DNA of 64,000 nt from Candidatus Methylacidiphilales bacterium. Lineage in GTDB: Bacteria; Verrucomicrobiota; Verrucomicrobiia; Methylacidiphilales; UBA1321. Below, in pieces: positions 47,143 through 55,387 of the stretch. The stretch lies in NCBI GenBank assembly GCA_965226715.1, contig CBDDEB010000004.1, forward strand, positions 1,098,761 through 1,162,760, read 5' to 3'. Made by a program: the position numbers and the translations under genes. Positions within the stretch are counted from its first letter, which is position 1, and every line of letters begins with the position of its first letter. Below the pieces are notes generated by a model. That model saw nothing but the letters and a program-made list of their open reading frames with translations. It ran no database searches and was not told where the DNA came from.

Positions 47143-47459
47143 GGGTGGCCCGGGCTACTTGTTGCCCGGGTGCGCGAGCGCGGCATCGCGAGCGCACAGG
47201 AGGTCACCGGGTCGCACCGTGGTGGAATCCCTCCGGGATTCTTTTCTATGAGGATGGATTCCGGTGGTTGTCACAAGCCTCCGGCTTGCAAAAGCCGATC
47301 CGAAGCATTTTCGCAGAGGTCTCAAGTTGACCGGGTGCGCGAGCGCACAGGCCAGCCGACCTCCTGTTCGCGTGGAATGTCTCCACGCGAACCCGGGCAA
47401 CCCGTTGTCCGGGCCACCAGAGAAAGGCACCGTCGCACGGAGTGCGACGGCTACCATGG
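47143..47459. repeat. Composite REP cluster: family A doublet (47143-47418) with nested hairpins, plus family C (47424-47459)
   Basis: Inverted A units at 47143-47210 and 47358-47418, a partial A at 47331-47351, hairpins at 47225-47241 and 47274-47288, and a 36-bp exact inverted copy of 62254-62289. Confidence 0.85.
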
Positions 47460-47546
47460 AACCGATGCTGCCCAGTTGTTCATCTTGGCTCGGGAGCGCG
47501 GTTGTGAGATACATTTCTGTCGCCTTCACCTTTCGCTTTTCCAACC

Positions 47547-48761
47547 ATGCCCCGCTCCAACCGTTTTGACCGGCTCGAACAGTTCGCCGTCGACGTCATT
47601 TTGGAACGGCGCTGGGGTTTTCGCGCGTGGGCTTTTCGCCAATTTTTGTGGGGTCTTTCGGGCCTCTACCGGCTGGTGGTGCGGTGGCGGCTCTGGTGGT
47701 TCGAGAGCCGGCTCGGCTCGGTGCATGCGCTCGGCTGCCTGGTGGCGAGCGTGGGCAATCTGACCGTGGGCGGCACCGGCAAGACGCCGGTGGTGGAGCT
47801 TTTCGCGCGCGAGCTGACGCGGCGCGGCCGCAAGGTTGCGGTGTTGAGCCGCGGCTATAAAAGCCAGCCGCCACCTTTCCCGCAACAGTTGCTCGACCAG
47901 TTCCGTCCGCTCGACCAGCGCCATCCGCCCCGGGTCGTTTCCGACGGGCGTTCGCTGCTGCTCGATTCGGAGATGGCGGGCGACGAGCCGTTCATGCTCG
48001 CGTCGAATTTAAAGGACGTGCTCGTGCTGGTCGACAAGGACCGGGTCAAAAGCGGGCTCCTCGCGATCCGCAAATTCGGCTGCGACACGCTGCTGCTCGA
48101 CGACGGGCTGCAATTTCTCCGGCTGAAGGAACGGCTCGACATCGTGCTGGTCGACAGCGAGTCGCCCTTCGCGAACCGGCACCTGCTCCCGCGCGGCCTG
48201 TTGCGCGAACCGCCCGAGCAGCTCCGGCGCGCGAACATCATCTTCATCACCAAGTGCGACGGGCGCGACCTGGGCGAATTGCGAGCGGAACTGCGGCGCT
48301 ACAATTCCCACGCCGAGTTGGTCGAATGCGCGCACAAGCCGCTCCACCTCGAGGAAATTTTCACCCATGAGGTCGTGCCGCTCTCGTTCCTGAAGGACCT
48401 GCGCATCGGGATGATTTCGGGCATCGCCAAGCCCGAGAGCTTCGAGGAGGGCCTGCGCAAGCTGGGCGTGGAGCTGATTTATTCGCGCCGCTTCGCCGAC
48501 CATCACCGGTTCAGCGAAGGCGAAATCGCGAAGATGTTCGAGCGGAGCAAGGCGCGCGGCGCGCGGGCGGTGATCACGACGGAAAAGGATTCGGTCCGCT
48601 TTCCGCGCCTCGGCAAGCGGGCGCTGCCGGTCTATTTTCTGCGGGTCGAAATTGAAATCATCCGCGGCCACGACGCCTTCAACCGGTGCCTCGAGCGGAT
48701 GTGCCTTTATCCCGCGGCCGCCGAGGCGACGGCCCTTGAACCGGCGCTCGCTTCCTCCTGA
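47547..48761 (+). CDS. lpxK: Tetraacyldisaccharide 4'-kinase
   Basis: Motifs [38 protein letters not shown] and TTEKD. Confidence 0.93.
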   Translation: MPRSNRFDRLEQFAVDVILERRWGFRAWAFRQFLWGLSGLYRLVVRWRLWWFESRLGSVHALGCLVASVGNLTVGGTGKTPVVELFARELTRRGRKVAVLSRGYKSQPPPFPQQLLDQFRPLDQRHPPRVVSDGRSLLLDSEMAGDEPFMLASNLKDVLVLVDKDRVKSGLLAIRKFGCDTLLLDDGLQFLRLKERLDIVLVDSESPFANRHLLPRGLLREPPEQLRRANIIFITKCDGRDLGELRAELRRYNSHAELVECAHKPLHLEEIFTHEVVPLSFLKDLRIGMISGIAKPESFEEGLRKLGVELIYSRRFADHHRFSEGEIAKMFERSKARGARAVITTEKDSVRFPRLGKRALPVYFLRVEIEIIRGHDAFNRCLERMCLYPAAAEATALEPALASS

Positions 48762-48764
48762 TTT

Positions 48765-49829
48765 ATGGCCGGCCCCGAAACCCCCAGGCGGAGTTGGCGC
48801 ATCGCTTTTCTGCGGCGGCGCTTTTCCCCGACCGGCGGCGCCGAGCGCTACCTGTTGCGGCTCGCCTCGGGGCTGGCGGCGCAGGGCCACCGGATCACGC
48901 TCTACTGCGAAGACTGGTCGCCGCGCGAAAATCCGTTTCAGGAGGTGCGGAAGATCGAGTCGAACGATCCGGTCGCCTTCGCCCAAAAAGTGATGCAGGC
49001 GCCGCTGCGCGATCGGCACGACATCGTCTTCAGCCTGGAGCGCGTGCCGCACTGCGATCTCTACCGCGCGGGCGACGGCCTGCACGCCGACTGGCTCGCT
49101 TATCGCCAGGCTTTTCATCCGGTGCTGGGGCGGTTGCGGACGCTGCTTCGCCCGAAGAACCGGGAACTGTGCCGGCTGGAAAACCAGGTCTTTGCGCCGG
49201 GGGGCGTCGGGCGCGTGATCTGCAATTCGCGCTTCGTCGCCGACCAGGTGATCAAGCGCTACGACTTTCCGCCCGACCGGATCGACGTGATTTACAACGG
49301 CGTGCCCTACCAGCAATTCAGCATGGGTGACCGCGCGCTCGGGCGGAGGGCGTTGCAGCTCAATCCCGACGATTATGTCGTGCTGCTGGTCGGCGCGGGG
49401 GCCGAGCGGAAGGGCCACGCCATCGCCCGCGAAGCGATGCGCCGGATCAAAAGGAAATATGCCAAGCTGGTGATCATCGACACGCCACCGCCCGTCGCGA
49501 TGCCACACGTCTACGCCGCGGCGGACGTTTTTCTCCTGCCGACGCTTTACGATCCCTTCGCGAACGTGACCCTGGAGGCGCTGGCCGCCGGGCTGCCGGT
49601 GATCACCTCCGCGCAGAACGGCGCTTCGGAGATCATGGAGAACGAGAAGAACGGGTTTATTTTGCCGCGCGCCGACGATGACAAAATCATCGTCCATCTG
49701 CTCGATTACCTGACCGATCCGGCGAACCGCGCGCGCTTTCGCCAGCCGGCGCAGGCACTGGCCCAGCAGTACGACCTGCCGCGGAACCTCAACGCGACGC
49801 TGGCGGTTTTTGAGAAGCTGGGACGTTAA
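48765..49829 (+). CDS. GT4 glycosyltransferase (WaaG/RfaG-like, LPS core)
   Basis: Motifs GGAERY, YNGV, RKG and PTLYDPFANVTLEALAAGLPVI. Confidence 0.87.
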   Translation: MAGPETPRRSWRIAFLRRRFSPTGGAERYLLRLASGLAAQGHRITLYCEDWSPRENPFQEVRKIESNDPVAFAQKVMQAPLRDRHDIVFSLERVPHCDLYRAGDGLHADWLAYRQAFHPVLGRLRTLLRPKNRELCRLENQVFAPGGVGRVICNSRFVADQVIKRYDFPPDRIDVIYNGVPYQQFSMGDRALGRRALQLNPDDYVVLLVGAGAERKGHAIAREAMRRIKRKYAKLVIIDTPPPVAMPHVYAAADVFLLPTLYDPFANVTLEALAAGLPVITSAQNGASEIMENEKNGFILPRADDDKIIVHLLDYLTDPANRARFRQPAQALAQQYDLPRNLNATLAVFEKLGR

Positions 49830-49840
49830 CGCAAGGGGCA

Positions 49841-50035
49841 TCAGACCCGCCGGACGAGCGTCACACCCCAGATGGCAATCCCGGCGGAGACCACGCCCGC
49901 CAGCAGGGAGACCCAGAGCGGCACGCTGGTCATGTCCAACTGCACCGACCAACCGAGCGTAAACCGAATGAGGTGCACCACCGCGACGACCGCGAAGATG
50001 AGCGTCGAAACGATCACAAAGGCTTTCGTTGTCAT
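49841..50035 (-). CDS. Small two-TM membrane protein
   Basis: 64 aa from ATG 50035 with two hydrophobic segments. Fills the gap between flanking genes. Confidence 0.65.
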   Translation of the reverse strand: MTTKAFVIVSTLIFAVVAVVHLIRFTLGWSVQLDMTSVPLWVSLLAGVVSAGIAIWGVTLVRRV

Positions 50036-50108
50036 GGCTGAACTCCTTTCCAATTAAATATACTCCTTTCGGGCCGTTGCGCATTTTCCCATTGGCAAGC
50101 GGGGCGGC

Positions 50109-51041
50109 ATGATCAAAATTAGCATGATGGAATCTTCCGCGCCTGTCGCCGCGCCCTTGGCGGTCGAAACGATGGGCCTCACCAAACGCTATCCGCTGAC
50201 CTGGAAACGGAAGGTGCTGGTCGCGCTCGATCGCCTCGACCTGCAAATCCGCCCGGGCGAAGTCTTCGGGCTGCTCGGCCCGAACGGCTCCGGCAAAAGC
50301 ACCACGCTAAAGCTGCTGCTCGGGCTGATCATCCCCAGCGCGGGCGAGGCGCGGGTCTTCGGGCTGCCGCCGGACAGCCTCGACGCGCGGCGGCGGGTCG
50401 GCTTTCTGCCGGAAAACCCCTACTTTTACGGCTTCCTGAACGGCGACGAGACGTTGCGCTTTTACGGCAAGCTTTGCGGCGTGACCGGGTCGCGGCTCGA
50501 CCAGCGGATCGAGGAACTGATCGAGCTCGTCGGCCTGCAGAACGGACGCGAGCGGCCCCTGCGCTCCTACTCCAAGGGGATGCTCCAGCGCATCGGCCTG
50601 GCGCAGGCGATGATCCACGATCCCGACCTCCTTTTCCTGGACGAGCCCACCGCGGGCGTCGATCCGCTCGGCTCGGCCCAGATTCGCGACCTGATCCTGC
50701 GCTTGAAAAAGATGGGCAAGACCGTCGTCTTTTCGTCGCATCTGCTCGAGCAGGTGCAGGAAGTGGCCGACCGCGTGGCCATTTTTTCGCTCGGCAAGAA
50801 GGTCCTCGAAGGCTCGCTCGAATCGCTGCTGACCGAGAACCAGAGCACGCAGATCAACATTCCGGCCGAGCTGAGCGCGGAGCAGCAGGAGCGCCTGCGG
50901 CAGGCCATCGCGCAGGCCGGGATCGGGGGCAGCGGGGACGAGATTCGCTTCACGCGGCCCCATCTTTCGCTCGAGCAGCTTTATCTGCGCACCGTCCAGG
51001 CCCAGGCCGATCCGGCCCCGAAGAATCCTCCGACCCCATGA
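50109..51041 (+). CDS. ABC transporter ATP-binding protein (PilH-like)
   Basis: Motifs GPNGSGKST, GFLPENPYFY, YSKGM, LDEPT and SSH. True start may be 50124 or 50127. Confidence 0.9.
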   Translation: MIKISMMESSAPVAAPLAVETMGLTKRYPLTWKRKVLVALDRLDLQIRPGEVFGLLGPNGSGKSTTLKLLLGLIIPSAGEARVFGLPPDSLDARRRVGFLPENPYFYGFLNGDETLRFYGKLCGVTGSRLDQRIEELIELVGLQNGRERPLRSYSKGMLQRIGLAQAMIHDPDLLFLDEPTAGVDPLGSAQIRDLILRLKKMGKTVVFSSHLLEQVQEVADRVAIFSLGKKVLEGSLESLLTENQSTQINIPAELSAEQQERLRQAIAQAGIGGSGDEIRFTRPHLSLEQLYLRTVQAQADPAPKNPPTP

Positions 51042-51961
51042 TTTCCTCCCTTCATCGCATCATCACCATCGGCCGCAACACGCTCACCGAAGCGGTGCGC
51101 CAGAAAGTATTGAACGTCCTCCTCGTCTTCAGCATCGTGCTGGTCGGCAGTTCGGTCGTGGTCTCGCAACTGGCCACGCCGGGCCTCGATTCCTCGGGCC
51201 TCTTCGACGCGCAAATCAAGTTCGTGAAGGATTTCGGCTGCGGAGCGATCGGGCTGTTCGGCTTTTTCATCGCCCTCCTTTCCACCGCGCAACTGATCCC
51301 GCAGGAGCTCCACAACCGGACCATCTACACCATCCTGGCCAAGCCGGTCCGGCGGTCGGAATTCCTGCTCGGCAAGTTTCTGGGGATCGTCCTGCTTGTC
51401 GCGCTCTGCGTGGCGCTGATGTCGCTGGCCTTCGCGGCGACGCTCTACTGGCAGGAACTCCAGGGCCTCCAGGCGACGGACGCGACCTACGCCCAAATGG
51501 GAAACTGGAAGGCCAATCCCTACGCGGTCAACGCCTACAACCACGACATCGCGCAGATCGTGCAGCAGGTCCGCGACCCCCAGCTCATCGAGGCGATCCT
51601 CCTGATTTTCGCCAAGCTGATCATGACCACCGGCATCGCCCTGCTCATCTCGACCTTTGCCACCTCCTCCATCTTCACCATCGTCACGACCTTCATGATC
51701 TACCTGATCGGGCACATGGAAAGCACGGCCCGCGAATTCTGGCTGGCCCGCGGGGCCGACGCCTCCATCTGGCAAAGCGGGCTGGTCGGGTTCATCTCCC
51801 TCCTTATTCCCGACATGAATTCCTTCACCATCGTCGACGAGATCCTGGCGGGAAATAAAGTCCCCTGGTCGCACGCGTTGAACCTGCTCGGTTACGCCGA
51901 TGTCTATCTCATCGTGCTGCTCGGGGTCAGCATCGTCATTTTCGATTATCGCGAGATCTAG
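51038..51961 (+). CDS. ABC-2 type permease (PilI-like)
   Basis: NTLTEAVR...RTIYTILAKPVRRSEFLLGKF with about 6 TM helices. ATGA overlap with the ATPase. Confidence 0.85.
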   Translation: MISSLHRIITIGRNTLTEAVRQKVLNVLLVFSIVLVGSSVVVSQLATPGLDSSGLFDAQIKFVKDFGCGAIGLFGFFIALLSTAQLIPQELHNRTIYTILAKPVRRSEFLLGKFLGIVLLVALCVALMSLAFAATLYWQELQGLQATDATYAQMGNWKANPYAVNAYNHDIAQIVQQVRDPQLIEAILLIFAKLIMTTGIALLISTFATSSIFTIVTTFMIYLIGHMESTAREFWLARGADASIWQSGLVGFISLLIPDMNSFTIVDEILAGNKVPWSHALNLLGYADVYLIVLLGVSIVIFDYREI

Positions 51962-51970
51962 TCTCTCTCC

Positions 51971-52798
51971 ATGGAAATTCCCGCCGCGTCCCCGAGCACC
52001 TGCCTGCCGCTTTCGTGGCGGCTGCGCCGCGCCGCGCTGGTGGCGTTGCTGCTCGGCTTGTGGGCGCCGTGCAAGATCGTCTGGGAACAGCGGATCGCCC
52101 ATGAGCAGGACATCCTGCGCTACAACGGGGCGCCGATGACCCGGCAACTGCGCGATGAACTGGGGCAGGGCCTGACCATCGGCGTATTGAGCGGGATGCG
52201 GAGCGTGGTCGCCGATTTGGTCTGGCTGAACGTCACGACGGCCTGGATGAACCAGGAATGGTTCCGGATGGGCGGTTATATCAACCTCTGCACCGCGCTT
52301 CAGCCCCGCGCGCCGGTCTTTTGGGACATGGGCGGCTGGCAACTGGCCTGGAACGCCTCGGTCGGCGCGCTTCAGGACAAGACCCAGCCCAATGAATTGC
52401 GGCGGCTCAAGGCTTCGCGCTTCTGGGTCGACCGGGGCCTTGAAATCTACAAGCGGGGCATCGAGAACAACCCGACCTACTGGCGGCTTTGGGCGAATAC
52501 CGGGATGCTCTACGACCAACGGCTCAAGGATTACCGGACCGCCGCCTATTATTATCAAAAGGCCAGCGAATTGCCCAACGCCCCGGCTTATCTGGAACGG
52601 TTTCCCGCCGAGATGTTTGACACGCACCACGCCAACGACGACCAGGCCGCTTATGCCGCCTGGAAAGCGCTTTGGGAACGCCTGACTCCCGCGGAACGGG
52701 CCCGGAAGGAACACACGGCCGGGCGGGTCGAGTCGGAAATACGTCGCCTCGAGCAAAAACTTTCGATCCCAAATGAAAAAAGAGTCTTTCCCAATTAG
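51971..52798 (+). CDS. Membrane-anchored helical/TPR-like protein (PilG/XapA-like)
   Basis: N-terminal TM, then SVVADLVWL...LCTALQP...FW...GIENNP..W and AAYYY. Starts 9 nt after the permease. Confidence 0.55.
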   Translation: MEIPAASPSTCLPLSWRLRRAALVALLLGLWAPCKIVWEQRIAHEQDILRYNGAPMTRQLRDELGQGLTIGVLSGMRSVVADLVWLNVTTAWMNQEWFRMGGYINLCTALQPRAPVFWDMGGWQLAWNASVGALQDKTQPNELRRLKASRFWVDRGLEIYKRGIENNPTYWRLWANTGMLYDQRLKDYRTAAYYYQKASELPNAPAYLERFPAEMFDTHHANDDQAAYAAWKALWERLTPAERARKEHTAGRVESEIRRLEQKLSIPNEKRVFPN

Positions 52799-52848
52799 AG
52801 GAGTCTCATTAGGGTTAACCTTCCTGACCCATTCGTCGGACGATTCGC

Positions 52849-53571
52849 ATGAGATTTGGCATTTTTGGAGACATCCACAGTAATCTAGAAGCGCTGGAGG
52901 CTGTACTGGAGGATATGCAGGCCCAAGCTGTCACTCACACGGTCTGCATCGGCGACATCGTCGGCTACAATGCCAACCCCCGCGAATGTCTCGAAATCGT
53001 GCGCGCTTTGGGCTGTCCGATCGTCAAAGGCAACCACGACGAGGAGGCATCTGAGGGACGCGAAGTCGAGCATTTCAACGACATGGCGCTTTCGGCCATC
53101 CGGTATACGCGCGCCCAACTGACCAAGGAGCAACGCGAATTTCTCCGCGCCCTGCCGCTCCAGCGCCCGGTCAACTCGTTCACGGTGGTCCATTCGACCC
53201 TCGACCAGCCGAACCGATGGGGTTACGTCTTCTCCTGTCTGGAGGCCGAAAGCAGCTTCCAGTATCAGAAGACCAATATCTGCTTTTTTGGCCATACCCA
53301 CGTCCCCCACGTCTTCATTCGCGACACCAAGGTGCACGAGTTCTTCTACAAGAAAATCGACATCCAGCCGGAGAAGAAATATTTCGTCAATGTGGGCAGC
53401 GTGGGCCAGCCGCGCGACGGCGACTGGCGCTCGGCCTATGTCATCTACGATTCGGGCGCGAACACGATCGAGCTGCGGCGTCTGCCCTACGATCTGGCCA
53501 AGGCCCAGGCCAAGATCATGAACGCCGGGCTTCCGGCGCGCCTGGCCGAGCGGTTGGCAAATGCGGTGTAG
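52849..53571 (+). CDS. Calcineurin-like metallophosphoesterase
   Basis: Motifs DIHSN, GDIVGY, GNHD, GHTH and GSVGQPRD. Confidence 0.92.
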   Translation: MRFGIFGDIHSNLEALEAVLEDMQAQAVTHTVCIGDIVGYNANPRECLEIVRALGCPIVKGNHDEEASEGREVEHFNDMALSAIRYTRAQLTKEQREFLRALPLQRPVNSFTVVHSTLDQPNRWGYVFSCLEAESSFQYQKTNICFFGHTHVPHVFIRDTKVHEFFYKKIDIQPEKKYFVNVGSVGQPRDGDWRSAYVIYDSGANTIELRRLPYDLAKAQAKIMNAGLPARLAERLANAV

Positions 53572-53578
53572 TTTTCCG

Positions 53579-53726
53579 GGTAGCCCGGACTACTTGTTGT
53601 CCGGGTTCGCGTGGAGACATTCCACGCGAACAGGAGGTTGGCAGGTGACGCCCAAAATTCTGGTGACCTCCTGTGCGCTCGCGATGCCGCGCTCGCCCAC
53701 CCGGACAACGAGTTGTCCGGGCCACC
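53579..53726. repeat. REP doublet / REPIN-like element, family A (148 bp)
   Basis: Inverted units at 53579-53638 and 53662-53726 with a short spacer. Same element as 47143-47418, in the opposite orientation. Confidence 0.85.
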
Positions 53727-53832
53727 ATGATGCAGATAACGCCGTCTAACTATCACCCTCCAAGGCTTGCCCTTGGCCGCCGTTCTCTTAAGCTGACAAA
53801 GAGCGTATTGACGCCGCATTTTCTTAATTCCG

Positions 53833-54540
53833 ATGCAACTTTTCATTGATCTCCATTGCCATTCCCGGTTTTCGGCCGACGGGGTGGCCGAGCCCGAAGC
53901 GCTGATTGCGGAAGCCCGCGCCAAGGGCCTGAACGGCTTCGCCATCACCGACCATAACACCTGCGCCTGCGTCGATTATTTCCTGGAGCACGGGTTCATG
54001 AACAAGGAGGGGTTGCCCGTCGACGGCCTGCTCGTCATTCCCGGCCAGGAGATCACCACGGCGGATGGCCACCTCCTCGCGCTCGGGGTCACCCTGCCCG
54101 ACCTGAAGGGCATACCGGCCCTCGAAGCGGTAAAGCTCATCCACGAGGCCGGGGGGCTGGCCATTCCGCCGCATCCCTACGATTTTTTTCGCGCCGGGAT
54201 TCGCGAACCGGTCCTGGAGACACTCGACATCGACGCGCTTGAGGTCTTCAACGCCGCGACGACGCTGAAGCGCTACAACAAACACGCTTTCAATTACGCC
54301 CAGGGGCGCGGCCTGCCGATGACCGCGGCGAGCGACGCCCACGATCACGTCGCGCTCGGGACGGCGTACAGTATCCTCGAGGCCGATATATTTTCCGTCG
54401 CGGGGGTTTTGGAGGCGATCCGCAAAGGGCCCGCGTTGCGCCAACGTTACCTCACCCCCGCCAACGCGCTGAAGAAGACTTGGAACAACGTTTTTCGCCT
54501 GCGCCGCAAACGGAAGTCGAAGGCGGAAGCCCAGCCCTAA
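53833..54540 (+). CDS. PHP-domain metallohydrolase
   Basis: Motifs DLHCHS..SADG, AITDHN, GQEIT..GH and ASDAH. Confidence 0.9.
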   Translation: MQLFIDLHCHSRFSADGVAEPEALIAEARAKGLNGFAITDHNTCACVDYFLEHGFMNKEGLPVDGLLVIPGQEITTADGHLLALGVTLPDLKGIPALEAVKLIHEAGGLAIPPHPYDFFRAGIREPVLETLDIDALEVFNAATTLKRYNKHAFNYAQGRGLPMTAASDAHDHVALGTAYSILEADIFSVAGVLEAIRKGPALRQRYLTPANALKKTWNNVFRLRRKRKSKAEAQP

Positions 54541-54612
54541 AAGATCGCGTGAGCTTCCCGATGTGGCAGCATCTACTCTCGAGGCCTGCCTCCGGAAGGC
54601 AATACCTAGGCG

Positions 54613-54645
54613 GGCACTAAATCTCTGTTATCCAGCACCCTTAAG
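54613..54645 (+). repeat. 33-bp direct repeat, left copy, flanking the TA pair
   Basis: GGCACTAAATCTCTGTTATCCAGCACCCTTAAG is 27/33 identical to 55308-55340. Confidence 0.75.
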
Positions 54646-54646
54646 A

Positions 54647-54967
54647 TCAGGCAAAGTTGATGTTACCCGCGATCCCGGCTTCACCGGCGCGGTCGAGAAG
54701 ATTGATAAGGGCGGCGCGTTCAGCGGAGCGAGTATTACGACGAAAAATCAGGATGATGCCCGCGTGGGCGATGTTTTGCGCTTCGGCTACGAAGTCTTCC
54801 CGGTTGCAGGTGATGACCACATAGCCGCGTTCTGCCGCGTAGCGCAGGACTGTCGTATCATCCGCCCTGACAGGAAGGACATCGCGCAACATGACGACTT
54901 GGTGTCCCAAAGTGCGCAAAGAGTAGGTCAGATCATGAGGAGCGTCATGATCGAGAAAGAACGTCAT
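54647..54967 (-). CDS. DUF5615 PIN-like protein (putative toxin)
   Basis: MTFFLDHD...ADD..VL.YA...VVITCNREDF...HAGII. ATGA overlap with the DUF433 gene. Confidence 0.85.
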   Translation of the reverse strand: MTFFLDHDAPHDLTYSLRTLGHQVVMLRDVLPVRADDTTVLRYAAERGYVVITCNREDFVAEAQNIAHAGIILIFRRNTRSAERAALINLLDRAGEAGIAGNINFA

Positions 54968-55227
54968 GTCCGCTCGTCGGGAGCCATTTGTCGGGCCACC
55001 AGGACATCGATTTCGCCTTTGTGATCCTCGTAGTAGGCGAGGCACTCGTAAACCTGCGCCTTGGTGAGATCGGGGAAGCAATGCGCTGAGCAAACTGAGT
55101 CCACTGTCTCGCCGTTCTGCAACAGGCCGATGACATCGTGCACGCCTATCCGGGTGCCTTCCACGATGGTATTGCCTCCCCGGACTCCGGGCAGGTTGAC
55201 CAGGTAACGATAAGCGGTGGCGGCCAT
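54964..55227 (-). CDS. DUF433 protein (putative antitoxin)
   Basis: PGVRGGNTIVEGTRIGV...G.T......FPDLT...V..CLAYY. Confidence 0.88.
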   Translation of the reverse strand: MAATAYRYLVNLPGVRGGNTIVEGTRIGVHDVIGLLQNGETVDSVCSAHCFPDLTKAQVYECLAYYEDHKGEIDVLVARQMAPDERT

Positions 55228-55233
55228 GAGCTT

Positions 55234-55262
55234 AGATTAATCCGGTCGGCCCCTTGTCGCAA
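55234..55262 (-). promoter_or_regulatory. Putative leaderless sigma70 promoter of the TA operon
   Basis: TTGCGA-N17-TAATCT, 6 nt before ATG 55227. Confidence 0.6.
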
Positions 55263-55307
55263 GCTTCGGCTAAATAGTTCAGGACCGGGTCTGACCCACC
55301 CAAAGAT

Positions 55308-55340
55308 GGTATTAAATCTTTGTTATCCAACGCCCTCAAG
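55308..55340 (+). repeat. 33-bp direct repeat, right copy
   Basis: GGTATTAAATCTTTGTTATCCAACGCCCTCAAG, just upstream of serS. Confidence 0.75.
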
Positions 55341-55387
55341 CTTGCGCTGGAGGGGCGTTAACAGGATATTCAGGCCTCGACACCCTT

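Noticed and set aside
47143-47459. Possible CRISPR array
   Set aside because: Units are inverted, heterogeneous and irregularly spaced, and there are no cas genes. The pattern fits REP/BIME repeats.
47155-47544. Short ORFs over the repeat clusters (also 53487-53960 and 62179-62448)
   Set aside because: They are translations of palindromic repeats, with no coding signature.
48009-50246. 745-aa minus-strand ORF, and similar long ORFs at 44072-45802, 50981-52756, 56886-58529, 23759-25405, 25143-26654, 40849-42339 and 46183-47763
   Set aside because: Antisense shadows of well-supported genes, expected from GC-rich codon bias. They carry no recognisable motifs.
55325-55363. attC-like hairpin ATCCAAC...GTTAACA upstream of serS
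   Set aside because: Too short for an attC site, imperfect GTTRRRY box, and no integrase or cassette array.
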